Origin: Nitrosopumilaceae archaeon
Lineage (GTDB): Archaea > Thermoproteota > Nitrososphaeria > Nitrososphaerales > Nitrosopumilaceae
Assembly: GCA_965200155.1 (NCBI GenBank)
Contig: CBDATR010000043.1
Location: 65,858-129,857 of the forward strand
DNA length: 64,000 bases
Direction of reading: 5' to 3'
Part shown: in pieces, positions 50,599 to 61,787 of the stretch
Position numbering within the stretch: position 1 is the first letter of the stretch
Layout: each line of letters starts with the position of its first letter
Position numbers and translations under genes: made by a program
Notes under the pieces: model-generated
What the model saw: only the letters and a program-made list of their open reading frames with translations
What the model was told of the DNA's origin: nothing
Databases searched by the model: none

Positions 50599-53500
50599 TG
50601 TAGTGGTTCTGATTCTACTACCAACCACTCTTACATATGGTAATGACTGGGAGAGTGTTTTTGGAGTGATAATGTCGTCCACACTCAATGACGGCTCACC
50701 CGGTACCAAGTCGGATACAGGTCCCCTAGGATGCACGGTAAGTGCAACTCATAAATATCATTGGTATCTCTCTGATACAACCCAGGCACGTAATAACTCC
50801 CCGCGGGAAACATCGTTATACCCCGGTGATCTTGTAAGGGGAACTTACAAATATGAAGAGAAGAATTGTGACTGTGGTTATTCTATAACGGGGCCAACAG
50901 CTAGAGGTAATTGGTCAGAGATGACGGGACTGTCTCTTATACAGGACGGATTTAATTACATACAGAATATGAAGATATTAATTAATGAGCCTGTCCCCGG
51001 TGCCAAAGTTCAGAACGGTGACCTACACATAACGGAGTATGATAATGGTGGCCGGAGCCGTTCCCACATACATGGAGTAGTTCCGGAGGTTGGTTATACA
51101 AGCGGGACAGAATTTACCATTACCGGAAAAGCAAAGAATAGTCAGAATATTTGTGTTGTAGATGCAAAAGTAACACTTTATACCAAATTTCTCTATAGAA
51201 CGCCCTTCTGGGAAACAAGCATACACGAGCACCATGTAATGACACCGGACGGTTTCCCTGCACTGAATCTGGACTACTCCAACTATTATCATGATTCCAT
51301 GCCACTGGAGGCCGGTTCCAACTGGTTATTCGATGACTACCGCTGGGAGACCATCACCGTAAAACATGAAGTGAATAATCAAAGAATGATGTCACAACAA
51401 CACTGTGAGAGTCGTTCTTGTGAGATTGACATACCAGAAGTACTACCATCTAATGCATATGTCGGGCATGGTTCTTTCAATGGAATGGCAAAGAATCAAC
51501 CATGGGATGGAGTAACAACCGGTTTACTGGATAATAATGAGTCCATGTTTTTCCTAGCGGCGCCACAGGATACCACTGAGATAAAAGTTCAAACAGTAAT
51601 GTATAATGATGGAAAAGAGATAGCAAGGGGTTTCAACTCTACATACCAGTTCATACCGGACTATAATGCTACACTCAATTTAACACCGATCACGAATACG
51701 GCTCTAGGTGAGGAGACCCCACTGAAAAGGCCGGTATCACTAATCATACAGTATAACGGGACCATACCTGATACACTTCATTATTGTTCCACCGGAATAG
51801 TCCATGACTCTAATGGTAAGGCGCTAGCTGTTGGCGAGTATGGGGGAGCGGATAATTGGGGCAGGGTGGCCGGGGATCTATGCCCGGAGGACCCTGATTA
51901 TCTATTCAAGAATGAGTGGGACGCGTCTCAGTGTGTCACGAATGATAATTGCTCATATGTGGTGCACCCGCCTACTCCCATATCTTCTGAGTGGGGCCGC
52001 TGGAGTGCCGTGAATCCGGAGACGCGCGCCAATTTTTATAATTTCACCGGCCAGCATACCATATGTCCGGAACCCTGGAATACTACAATGATACCAGAGT
52101 GTTCCAGTTATGAGACGGATTACAAAAACTGGGATTACGTGCCACAGACCAGTCGCGATTTCATACCAGCATGTCTGATGAGTCAGATCGCCGCCATGGA
52201 TGTGAACAAGAACCAGCCACGTCATGACACCTGGTGGAAGACCGGCAATCCTGACGATACAGAATACTCTTACCGGGGATTATGGGTGGACATAGATGAT
52301 GGACAGGTAATAGTACCCGCTAATCGCACGCATGACTATTACATTATTGATTCACTACTCTGTGAGGAAAAGGCCGGACCCCGTGACTGTGTGGAACGGG
52401 GCTCATTATGTGAGGAACGATTTGACAGGATATGTGAGTCTGTCTTTGAGCCATTCTTGTATCCTGATGACTATTCCATCACCGGCCATGAAAGATTCCA
52501 GGAAATGGTTTACAATGATGAAGAATACCAGGAATGTATCAAGGATACACGATCACAAACATGTGCCAGTGAAACATACAAGCGGTTGGATGATTTCCTG
52601 ACACACCGATGTAGTGACATTCACATGGTAGACACGCATACACAGATTATTGACACATCATTCTATGGTGGCGGCAGTTTCACATCCGCTTACACATGTC
52701 ATAACGCATATGCAAATCGCTGGATAGAGGTTGTTAATAGTGATGTATTGATAGATTGGGAGGCCAACATTAATGGCCCAACCCTGTCCGGTTCCGGTAC
52801 ACACGTACAACCCCAATGGGATAATATACCGCAATCCATCTATGTCCCATATACTCCCAATACGGGCGCCTTTGTGGGTATAGAGGAACGTCCTGGGAAT
52901 ATTCTGACTGATGACGGGAATATCACATGTGACTGTAAGGATAAGAATGATGACGGTATCTGTGATAGAGTGGGCAAGGACCTGAATAATAACGGGATTG
53001 TAGATAGCTGGGACCCACTAACTCGTGATGGTGACATTCTATGCCTTGACAGGACAGGATTAAAGGAAAATCATGAAGATACATGTCTGGCATTATACGG
53101 ACGTGACAAGGGGGACCCGTACCATTCCTGTATGGCTGATGCCCCCAATGACGGGCCAGACGGCCGTTGCAATCCTGCAATGATAGAGCATCCGGACTTT
53201 GCAGATGGCATACCATACCTGGATAGTGACGGGAATCACCTGTATTGTCAAGATAATACTGGTAATTGCCTCTCGTCCGGTGACACATATGAGGTACATG
53301 AGCAGTATGATATCTGCCAGGACCCACAGACACCTATCTCAATTAAAAGAATACCGGCCCCGGCCAGTATGCCACCATTATACAAGCCGGTCTTTGATGA
53401 GCGGTGGCCGCCGGAATGCCTGCCAGATTACCCTGTGGGTGAGTGGGAGAGACCAAGTCATGATGTCTCCCTTGACTTTGCCCACCTGGACGGGGTAGAG

Positions 53501-55081
53501 TGGGCGGTCGGGAATTCCTCATACATTGGTTTTGAGGTTGCAGAGGATGACACCAGAACCATGCTACTACATGCTGGGACGGGAGTGATACGGTTCGAGG
53601 CCTGCCCTAATTGCTCCCATAATAGGACTGATGACGGTTACTGGAAGGGCGGGTTCACCACTCAGCTTGGCGGTAATCTGACATATTATAATGGAATAAT
53701 TCACCATCCGACATTCCTGCAGAGAAGTTCCAGCATGGTCGAGGTAATGGCAGTGAAACCCGGCGGCGTTAATGATTCTTGTGTGGCGGGGAGTGATTCC
53801 ATACCCTTCTGCCTGCAGGATGATGATGTCATACTAACACTGACGGCATACCCGCACATGGAGAGGCCAGTAGCTGATGAAACCCAGATGGCCGCCCACG
53901 AATGCCAGATAGACGGGGATAACCATTCCTGGTTCTTTGGACTTGGTGGCTTTGCCGTTGATTTCATCACGCCTACTGTTCCGGTACCACAGATAAGAGA
54001 ATACTGGAATGACATGTCATGCCGGGATGGATTGGGAATATCATTAACAGTCCAGGACTTTGAGAATGCCTTGCATGGCGTAGCAGCTAAAAGGGAGTCA
54101 GGACAGCCATGGACTGTTGCGAACGGGACCGGCAGGGTAGACATGGATGTATTCCGGAATGGTCTCTGGCTGAATACTTTGGCCATTCTAGAACACCGTG
54201 GTATGTGTACAATGTATACGTGGACCCAGAACGTGACTGATGGTGCGTCAACATGTCCTGATACTACAACATTACTGGATGCATGTATAAGGGAGACAGG
54301 TGATATCCGGGGATGTCTGGGAGTACACGCAAAGAATGACTCATGTTCCAATACAAGGGACGGCAGGCAGTATGCAACGACTGATAGAGCGAATCTCACA
54401 TGCAGTGGTACTGGAATACTGGAGACAGATATACCATATAATGAAGTAGATTGGGGACGGGGTGGCAGCTATGCATGTCAGGAGGTACAGGCCTGTGAAG
54501 AAACTGAAACAATCTACAAGTGCATGGCAGGCCAGATAGTGGAGCACACAGTATGCATGGTGCCAGAAGAGACCTTTGATGTAATTATGATGCCGTACGA
54601 TGAGGTCATGTCGAACAAGACGCCGCAAATGTTACATATCGAGGCAATATGGAACCAGATACCAGTCTACGACACCCATATACTGGGCGGCGCCATGAAT
54701 AATGGAACAGTCGACAGGTTCTTTGTGGACTATTATGGGGTAGGGGAATTGAACATATATCGTACAAGTCCTGGCTCCCAGACCATAATTCTAGAGGTGC
54801 CGGAGACATTTGGTGACATCAGAATGATAGAGTATAATGATATCATTCAAGAGGTAGAGTGCTCGCCGTGCATTATACAGTATGAGCCCGCCGCCACAAT
54901 AACGGTGTGGAATTTGTATAACGGGACACTAACGGCGACGGTGGATAGCTCACATACCACATTGGGCAACATAATAACGACTGACGAGATAACGGGCGCC
55001 CTGTGGATTTATGCGCCTACCATAATAGCAGCTGCAGGTATCATTATAGTATTGAGGAGAGTTATCAAGTATGGGAACTAG
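50579..55081 (+). CDS. 1500-aa Cys-rich cell-surface protein (putative adhesin / mating-pair stabiliser)
   Basis: Signal peptide, many Cys, Ca-binding-like DKNDDGICD and DLNNNGIVD, C-terminal TM followed by RR. Confidence 0.8.
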   Translation: MRLLVPSVVVLILLPTTLTYGNDWESVFGVIMSSTLNDGSPGTKSDTGPLGCTVSATHKYHWYLSDTTQARNNSPRETSLYPGDLVRGTYKYEEKNCDCGYSITGPTARGNWSEMTGLSLIQDGFNYIQNMKILINEPVPGAKVQNGDLHITEYDNGGRSRSHIHGVVPEVGYTSGTEFTITGKAKNSQNICVVDAKVTLYTKFLYRTPFWETSIHEHHVMTPDGFPALNLDYSNYYHDSMPLEAGSNWLFDDYRWETITVKHEVNNQRMMSQQHCESRSCEIDIPEVLPSNAYVGHGSFNGMAKNQPWDGVTTGLLDNNESMFFLAAPQDTTEIKVQTVMYNDGKEIARGFNSTYQFIPDYNATLNLTPITNTALGEETPLKRPVSLIIQYNGTIPDTLHYCSTGIVHDSNGKALAVGEYGGADNWGRVAGDLCPEDPDYLFKNEWDASQCVTNDNCSYVVHPPTPISSEWGRWSAVNPETRANFYNFTGQHTICPEPWNTTMIPECSSYETDYKNWDYVPQTSRDFIPACLMSQIAAMDVNKNQPRHDTWWKTGNPDDTEYSYRGLWVDIDDGQVIVPANRTHDYYIIDSLLCEEKAGPRDCVERGSLCEERFDRICESVFEPFLYPDDYSITGHERFQEMVYNDEEYQECIKDTRSQTCASETYKRLDDFLTHRCSDIHMVDTHTQIIDTSFYGGGSFTSAYTCHNAYANRWIEVVNSDVLIDWEANINGPTLSGSGTHVQPQWDNIPQSIYVPYTPNTGAFVGIEERPGNILTDDGNITCDCKDKNDDGICDRVGKDLNNNGIVDSWDPLTRDGDILCLDRTGLKENHEDTCLALYGRDKGDPYHSCMADAPNDGPDGRCNPAMIEHPDFADGIPYLDSDGNHLYCQDNTGNCLSSGDTYEVHEQYDICQDPQTPISIKRIPAPASMPPLYKPVFDERWPPECLPDYPVGEWERPSHDVSLDFAHLDGVEWAVGNSSYIGFEVAEDDTRTMLLHAGTGVIRFEACPNCSHNRTDDGYWKGGFTTQLGGNLTYYNGIIHHPTFLQRSSSMVEVMAVKPGGVNDSCVAGSDSIPFCLQDDDVILTLTAYPHMERPVADETQMAAHECQIDGDNHSWFFGLGGFAVDFITPTVPVPQIREYWNDMSCRDGLGISLTVQDFENALHGVAAKRESGQPWTVANGTGRVDMDVFRNGLWLNTLAILEHRGMCTMYTWTQNVTDGASTCPDTTTLLDACIRETGDIRGCLGVHAKNDSCSNTRDGRQYATTDRANLTCSGTGILETDIPYNEVDWGRGGSYACQEVQACEETETIYKCMAGQIVEHTVCMVPEETFDVIMMPYDEVMSNKTPQMLHIEAIWNQIPVYDTHILGGAMNNGTVDRFFVDYYGVGELNIYRTSPGSQTIILEVPETFGDIRMIEYNDIIQEVECSPCIIQYEPAATITVWNLYNGTLTATVDSSHTTLGNIITTDEITGALWIYAPTIIAAAGIIIVLRRVIKYGN

Positions 55082-55290
55082 CATATTCTTCCAAAGAACG
55101 GTCGCAATCCTGGAATGGTTCCTTACGTTCTACTATCTGTCTTGGCGCATCATTCCAAAGAACGGTTATCCTCATTCTTTTTACAGCGCATCGTGGGATG
55201 AGCGTGCCGTCTGAATATAGGCAAAACTTCCGGCACGGCCATGGAATTATTCCTCCCTTAAAAGAGTGGTCATAAAACTCGTTCCATGAT

Positions 55291-55503
55291 TCATGGGATG
55301 ACCTTTAACATTCTCATTCTATGTGTCAGTAGAATGGCCATGATGTTTGGCTGCCTGATTCGGTCCGGCCTTACCACTAGAATGGTAATTCCAATAGGTC
55401 GTTCACCAACCTGCAATCCATCACTAAATGAGATGTAGCCGGTCCTGCCTTGCTTGGCAATCTGTAAAACATTCTTGACGGCGTCCTTCTTGCTTAATGA
55501 CAT
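55291..55503 (-). CDS. Small hypothetical protein
   Basis: Preceded by a gaccgcccttttatt promoter-like box. Confidence 0.5.
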   Translation of the reverse strand: MSLSKKDAVKNVLQIAKQGRTGYISFSDGLQVGERPIGITILVVRPDRIRQPNIMAILLTHRMRMLKVIP

Positions 55504-55565
55504 GGAATAGTGGAATTATGGTAGAATAAAAGGGCGGTCCTATACTGGACTGATATAATAATAAA

Positions 55566-55904
55566 TTAAGAATGAGTGTGATGTGGGTTAACACGCATTA
55601 CTACTATTACTGCAATAGATGCTACCAGTAGGATGTACTTGATTATGTTCATGATTATGTCAAACATAGTTTCAGTATCATGTTCAATACATCTGAGTTG
55701 TTCTGTAAATCCTAATCCTTTGCGGACATCCTCGTCGTTACATGCCTCTTTTTCAATATCAGAGAGATTAGACGCATTTGTAGTAAGTAGGATTGGCCCT
55801 ATCCACGCAATAACTGCCGCAAATATTAGTACCAGAAGGATGGTTCTGGTGTTAACCATTGGGTCGTCCTTTTCTTCTCCCTTGTTAATACTCCTTTTGA
55901 GCAT
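55566..55904 (-). CDS. Two-TM membrane protein
   Basis: Two hydrophobic helices; upstream gacaacccattaaccc box. Confidence 0.65.
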   Translation of the reverse strand: MLKRSINKGEEKDDPMVNTRTILLVLIFAAVIAWIGPILLTTNASNLSDIEKEACNDEDVRKGLGFTEQLRCIEHDTETMFDIIMNIIKYILLVASIAVIVVMRVNPHHTHS

Positions 55905-56080
55905 ATAGAGTAATGGCTCAATGATGGGTTAATGGGTTGTCAGGAATGAATCATTATATGAGATTAAACTCACTCCAATTGGTGCCCACAATGATTAGCG
56001 CCCAATTCTATACCCTCCTAGTTGGGTACAACCATTATTCCTTGCCGTTCCATACTCCTTGATTTAATAAACGACTCAAT

Positions 56081-57657
56081 AGACCGTATGCGCAGAATCA
56101 CATCTCCCACCCTGCACGTCTAAACCAAGTTGTTAGATACGAACAATTGACCTAGTATCATGGGTTTTCCCACAGACTCGTGTGAAACAGAAAAGTTAAG
56201 ACCTAATTTTGTAATACCAGGTATGCTAAAAGTAGAAGAACTCACCAGGGAGCAGTTAGTCACAGAGTACTACCGGCTACGCACCAGGTCCGAGGCCGAA
56301 GTAACAAACCTGCGTGGCAAACTTGAAGCTCAAACAAAGAATGCCCTCGTTTCAAATCTCGATGACATCATAGAACGCAAGGATCAGCTTCATTCCCTGA
56401 CCGGATGCACCCCGGAAGAGTTCAAATGGATACTAACCAGATTCACAGAATACGTAGAGTCCCTGGAAGGCGATGATGCACGGCGATTCTTAGAACTTAC
56501 AAATGATCGCGGCCATGTGAACAAATTTCCCATTAGGCATGTACTCTTAGTTACACTGATACGCCTGCGCTGCAACACAAAGCAGGAGCTGCTGGCAGCC
56601 ATACTCAAGATAAACCAGTCAAACATATGCCGTTACATCCAGTTTACAAAGCAGGGACTGATCAAGATACTCCCAACGGCCGATACCGTTGCAAAAGCAA
56701 TATCGCAAATCAAGTCAGCATCGGACTTTAAGGAAATTGTTCCCGGTCGAGCCGGAGGGGAGATAAAGACTGACGGGACACATGTACGCGTACAACGTCC
56801 TGAAAAAAATCAGGAGGCAATGTACTCTGGTAAACAAAAAACCCACACGTATAACGTACAGATAACATCAAACAAGAAAAGACTGATAATTCACGTAAGT
56901 GGAGTATATGAGGGAAAAAGACACGATTATGGCATATTCAAGAATGATATTCCCCTTGGAGGCAAATGGGGCAAGTCCCTAAAAGAATCAACCACGCCAC
57001 CATCTGAGAAGATAACAGTAATAGCAGATGCAGGATACCAGGGTATGAAAGACTTCCTACCCGGCGCAAAGGTCATAATTCCATCCAGGGGTAGGGAATC
57101 ACTCACTAAAACTGAAAGGAAATACAACCAATATGTATCAAAAAGGCGCATATTAATCGAGCATATAATTCGAATGCTAAAGGTATATCGTAGATTAAGT
57201 CAGGTATATGATGGTAGTCGTGAGGAATTCCGGGAAGATCTACTCGTAGTATCCGGGTTGCATAATTTACACATTATGCACAAGCATACCAGGTACAAGA
57301 AATTCTTGAAAAATATCTGTCCATAATTTCCGTGTTATTATAATTCGAATATTACTCATCAGAAAATCCACTAAATTAATGGTATGAGTTCATGTCTTCC
57401 GGAATCTTGTGCACAAATCACATTAACTGGTAACCGGTTCTATCAGTTGTGCGTAAATTTAGACACAGGTGAACTCATACAACCGTTTAGCTCACTTCCG
57501 ATATACTTCATCAAGATCCGGTTACCCCACTACACGACATACGTTAGTGCTGGCAGGTGCCATTCACATTGTTCATGCTTGACGGATTGTGTGCCATAAA
57601 ATACACCCCAGTTTGAAGCAACATGGGCTGTTACTGTCAATCATGCGCATAAGGTCT
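56081..57657 (+). mobile_element. IS5-family element, copy 3 (contains variant MITE 57382..57480)
   Basis: TIRs; TSD AAT. Confidence 0.92.
56223..57326 (+). CDS. DDE_Tnp_4-type transposase
   Basis: Near-identical to the other two copies. Confidence 0.92.
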   Translation: MLKVEELTREQLVTEYYRLRTRSEAEVTNLRGKLEAQTKNALVSNLDDIIERKDQLHSLTGCTPEEFKWILTRFTEYVESLEGDDARRFLELTNDRGHVNKFPIRHVLLVTLIRLRCNTKQELLAAILKINQSNICRYIQFTKQGLIKILPTADTVAKAISQIKSASDFKEIVPGRAGGEIKTDGTHVRVQRPEKNQEAMYSGKQKTHTYNVQITSNKKRLIIHVSGVYEGKRHDYGIFKNDIPLGGKWGKSLKESTTPPSEKITVIADAGYQGMKDFLPGAKVIIPSRGRESLTKTERKYNQYVSKRRILIEHIIRMLKVYRRLSQVYDGSREEFREDLLVVSGLHNLHIMHKHTRYKKFLKNICP

Positions 57658-57778
57658 AATAACCGGGATCGCCTTAAGACTATACGACATCTAATGGTAT
57701 TCATCATATGAAGATATAAGTAATAGTATGAATGAACGAACATCGCTTTTATACTATCAGTAATCTGTCATTCTAGGC

Positions 57779-58033
57779 ATGAAGCCATACTTTCTACAGT
57801 GTCTCAAATGTAAGGAGGCCAGAGTCTGGCACTACAAGGACGAGAATTATTCCTGCCGGAACGGCTGTCATATAAGGTGGACACAGCCCTGGTATCACGG
57901 CTTTGGACCGGACGAGAAGCCGGTAATAGATCACCCCTCCTCCAAGTATGATCCCGGGGATCAGTGGCCGGATACCAAAATACCCGACTTCTATGTGAGT
58001 AACAAGCTGGAGATGAAGAGATTATGCCGATGA
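57779..58033 (+). CDS. Small Zn-ribbon protein
   Basis: CLKC...CRNGC. Confidence 0.6.
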   Translation: MKPYFLQCLKCKEARVWHYKDENYSCRNGCHIRWTQPWYHGFGPDEKPVIDHPSSKYDPGDQWPDTKIPDFYVSNKLEMKRLCR

Positions 58034-59358
58034 AGTGCACCCAGTGCGGCGAGGTAATTCTGGGTGACACGTGCATGTTATGCGGGCATGTCATGGAACA
58101 GTCTACCATAAATGACTTGAGATCAGAGAACCGATTATCAAATGACACCAAGCAGACGGGTAGAATAGGCGAGAACCTCATTGACATCAGTAATAGCATT
58201 CACATCATGGATGAGAATCATAACACAGTATATGACATACCATTCGAGCAGGCCCAGTGCAAGAATGGTATGCTAGGATTAACGATAAAACACACAGGCA
58301 AGACGATTCGACTGAAAGGCGAGGACACGAAAGCGTGGGAGAGAGCCATCAATTATCAAAAGTCAAAGCCCGTCTGGTACATTCATGGGACTGATGACTG
58401 TGAAATAATATATGCCAAGACCGTTCTAGGCGTGACACCGTGCGTGATAAGCCCGCCCTTCTCGTGGGTGGCATTCAAGAAAGACTCCTATGACATTCTG
58501 GTGGCTCGTGATGGCATAAATGGTAGAACAATTCCCATAAAGAATAGGACCGGTCAATATCATGTAAAACTGGAGGGTGGAGATCCCGTTCACCGTACTA
58601 CCCCCATCCCGGAAGGCGAGACACTAGTCCTGAATAAGAACAGGAGTTTAGTCATATCTGACATACCATACCTGGTTGACAATAATGGTAGAATAGTACT
58701 GGCCATGCAGTCAGCATACGCGAAAACCAAGTTCATGAGTCGCGGCGCCAAAATAACATGGAAAGAACCATTCCTAGGGGAGATAACCATTGAGATAAAA
58801 TGTGATAGCAAGCTAAAGTATAGCAGGCTGGAGGAGTTACTACCACCGCCACAAAAGCCAGATGAGAGACACAAGGTAAAAGTTAACCCGTACAATCGCG
58901 GTGTATTCAAAGGTGTTGACTTACAAGTCACCACTAGTGACTTACAATCACGGTTAAGCCGCTTTGACGGGTTCGTCTTTGAGGCCGTCTGCTCTAATTT
59001 GTTATCCGCGATGGGTTGGAGTATCATAAAGGGATATGACGTGAGAACCAGCGAGATGATTGGCGATACCCGGGCCGACATGGGTATTGATATTATAGCC
59101 GAACAACACTATCAGGATGGTACCAAACAGCGTGCCATCATACAATGTAAACATTGGAAGGAGCAGTGTGGCGGGCCAGATGTCAACAAGACACTAGGAG
59201 CGGCCACCATATCAGGCGGGAGTTGTGTTATAATGATTTGTACTGGGGGATTCTCGAACCAGGCTAAAGTGATAGCAAGGCAGTCAACCATGGATGTTCT
59301 ACTCTGGGACTGGGCAATGATACAGAATGGAATCCAGGAGTACCTGTTAAAATCATGA
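58024..59358 (+). CDS. Zn-ribbon + PH-like + C-terminal Mrr-like restriction endonuclease
   Basis: CTQC..CMLC; FEAVCSNLLSAMGW, ADMGIDIIA, IIQCKHW, TGGFSNQA. Confidence 0.8.
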   Translation: MPMKCTQCGEVILGDTCMLCGHVMEQSTINDLRSENRLSNDTKQTGRIGENLIDISNSIHIMDENHNTVYDIPFEQAQCKNGMLGLTIKHTGKTIRLKGEDTKAWERAINYQKSKPVWYIHGTDDCEIIYAKTVLGVTPCVISPPFSWVAFKKDSYDILVARDGINGRTIPIKNRTGQYHVKLEGGDPVHRTTPIPEGETLVLNKNRSLVISDIPYLVDNNGRIVLAMQSAYAKTKFMSRGAKITWKEPFLGEITIEIKCDSKLKYSRLEELLPPPQKPDERHKVKVNPYNRGVFKGVDLQVTTSDLQSRLSRFDGFVFEAVCSNLLSAMGWSIIKGYDVRTSEMIGDTRADMGIDIIAEQHYQDGTKQRAIIQCKHWKEQCGGPDVNKTLGAATISGGSCVIMICTGGFSNQAKVIARQSTMDVLLWDWAMIQNGIQEYLLKS

Positions 59359-59452
59359 GGTTCCCTAAAATGAAACATCATACTCTGGACGTCAATGGCC
59401 GGAAATACACCATTCCCGTAACCCATTAACCTTTCTGGAACCATATTCCAGT

Positions 59453-61300
59453 ATGAACATACGTTCCGTCCTGTCGGCGAAAGCAGCTACAAAGAAATCA
59501 ACACCCATCACATATCAGGTCAGCGGTATTAATTATCGCGTACTATCGGACGAGGAACAAAGAGAGCAGGAGACCGAGTTCCTCAAGATATTACGTAACC
59601 TTGACAAGCCACTGGAGATAGTGCGGGCACCACAGGGCGGGCGCCTCTATGAGGGAACGGAATACTCCCAGTACATGACATATTTCACGTCAGTCCAGGA
59701 CTTGGAGATGATACTGAATGGCGCCGGATACTCACCTGTACGACTGGACAAGCCGTACCGCCATGATATCAGAAAGGAGTATGAGGATCATTTGGAAATG
59801 ACTGACGGTACAAGGTTGCGCGTCTATAACGTGTATAATTTAAGACACAATCTCAATGAGATAGGTTGGACTGTTAAACTACCTGTGGATACCACCATTA
59901 CAAGGATAAACCCGCTTGATCCCGGAAAGGCAAGAAGTGAGTTGACGAAATTCATTAACGTCGGTTACTCTAGAATCAAGGACCAGACTGTTGCCGCGGA
60001 TGTCAATGAGGCCCAGCAGTTAAGGACTCAAATATCCAATGACGAGACCGGCATGGTTGATGTCTCAGTTCATGCCATAAAGTATGGTTTTGATGCAGCG
60101 AATCTCCGGGAGGAATGTAAAATAATGGAGCGCGAGTGCCGGTTAAGACAGTTAAGACTGAGTACCATCCGCGGAATGCAGAGGCGATTATTAGATGGCT
60201 ATGGCAGACAGTTCATCTTTGAGCTGGGCGCCGCCGCTTTGGCGCTATTTCCATTTGATAGTGCTGACTTGATAGAGCCCGGTGGAATAATAGTCGGTAT
60301 AAACAGACTGACTCCCTCGCCGGTAGTCTATGATTATACTAGGCGGGTTAACTCGAATGTAACATTTGTTGGGGAATCCGGTAAAGGTAAAAGTACTACC
60401 ACAAAGACATATCTCGATAATTTCCTTACTAGGTATCCCTCTGACACCATGGTTACCATAATAGACCCACACGGGGAGTATGCAGCCTTGGCAGAGAGAT
60501 GGAACTGTGAGGTGCGGGACCTCTCAAACCGTGATAACATGGGCCTTGATCCGTTCAAGATACTGGAACATCCAAGCAAGGCCATCGGCTTGCTGGCAGA
60601 ATGTACCGGTATGGGGGATGCTGAAAGGTCAGTCGCCATTTCAGCCTGTGATAATGTCAAATCAGTCAGCGAGATGAGGGAGGCGCTGGAGACATCTGAG
60701 TATCAGCCGGAGATTGCAAAGCGAGCCGCAGCGTATCTGGCACAGTTCACGGCCGGGGACATTGCCGGAATATTCCAGGGCGACCCGGCGGCGCCCCCGA
60801 GGGTCATTTACACACTGAGGGGTGAGGACAAGACCAAACTTAATGCCATGTTAGTGAGTATGGTGATGGCCCGTGCATGGCGTTCCATGAGGGAGACCAG
60901 TCCTGGAATAACTAAATTATTCGTCATAGATGAAGGATGGTATGTTACTTCAATGGACGCTACTGGCGCCATTCTATCTGATATTGCACGTTCAGGCCGA
61001 AAGGAGAACGTTCACTTGTTATTCCTGACACAGGAGCCGGATGACATTTTAGGGAACCAGTACGGGAAGGACGTCCTAATGAATAGTGATACTACCTTAA
61101 TGTTGGGTTTGAAACCGACCCTAGCTGAGCAGTTGCAGAAGGTACTACATTTATCCGAGACCGAAAAGCGGGATATAGTCCGGCTGGGATTAGGTGATGT
61201 AATATTGCGGGCAGGCCATAATAGAATATACATGCACTGCACGCCAACAGAGAGCCAGCTAGCCGCGTTCACTACAAAGCCGGGGGAGATGGCTGAATGA
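59453..61300 (+). CDS. virB4: VirB4/TraC-like conjugative ATPase
   Basis: Walker A GESGKGKS, IIDPHGEY, Walker B FVIDEGW, ARSGRK..FLTQ, VLMNSDT; the N-terminal region has the VirB4 layout. Confidence 0.85.
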   Translation: MNIRSVLSAKAATKKSTPITYQVSGINYRVLSDEEQREQETEFLKILRNLDKPLEIVRAPQGGRLYEGTEYSQYMTYFTSVQDLEMILNGAGYSPVRLDKPYRHDIRKEYEDHLEMTDGTRLRVYNVYNLRHNLNEIGWTVKLPVDTTITRINPLDPGKARSELTKFINVGYSRIKDQTVAADVNEAQQLRTQISNDETGMVDVSVHAIKYGFDAANLREECKIMERECRLRQLRLSTIRGMQRRLLDGYGRQFIFELGAAALALFPFDSADLIEPGGIIVGINRLTPSPVVYDYTRRVNSNVTFVGESGKGKSTTTKTYLDNFLTRYPSDTMVTIIDPHGEYAALAERWNCEVRDLSNRDNMGLDPFKILEHPSKAIGLLAECTGMGDAERSVAISACDNVKSVSEMREALETSEYQPEIAKRAAAYLAQFTAGDIAGIFQGDPAAPPRVIYTLRGEDKTKLNAMLVSMVMARAWRSMRETSPGITKLFVIDEGWYVTSMDATGAILSDIARSGRKENVHLLFLTQEPDDILGNQYGKDVLMNSDTTLMLGLKPTLAEQLQKVLHLSETEKRDIVRLGLGDVILRAGHNRIYMHCTPTESQLAAFTTKPGEMAE

Positions 61301-61527
61301 GCGTGCTTGCCAGAAGAATCGTGACAGCTTCCGGTAATGATGTGGTGGTGGAGATAATAGCTACCGGGACCGGTCCGGCATTAAAAGTGGAGGATTGCCC
61401 CATGGTGCCGTTGACGATTCACGACACGCATAGATTGTTATTGCGGTTCGGCCGGGGGACTGGTGATGATGAAGGCTTGACACCGACCGGGGAACGACTT
61501 GCAGCTGTTCTGGGGGAGCTGGCATGA
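61297..61527 (+). CDS. Small hypothetical protein
   Basis: ATGA-coupled in the virB4 operon. Confidence 0.6.
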   Translation: MSVLARRIVTASGNDVVVEIIATGTGPALKVEDCPMVPLTIHDTHRLLLRFGRGTGDDEGLTPTGERLAAVLGELA

Positions 61528-61787
61528 AAGCACTACATAATAATTTAAAGTACGCGATGCGCGCACAGTCGGATATATTCTTGGATGTCAAGGTATCTGG
61601 TGTGCGTGATGCCGGGAATCGCTCTTACATTGATGTGACCGATGGCTATATGACTATGCCACTTGTTATATTCGGGGATGTTCCAAAGTGCAAGAGTGGT
61701 TCCAGGATCAAGGTGGGGCCGGTCTACTATTCGGATCAATACGAGAACTTTGTATTGAAGCGTAGCGGGAAAATCATGATAACATGA
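61524..61787 (+). CDS. OB-fold (ssDNA-binding-like) protein
   Basis: IDVTDG..MPLVIFGD..GSRIKV..Y RPA-like pattern; ATGA-coupled. Confidence 0.6.
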   Translation: MKALHNNLKYAMRAQSDIFLDVKVSGVRDAGNRSYIDVTDGYMTMPLVIFGDVPKCKSGSRIKVGPVYYSDQYENFVLKRSGKIMIT

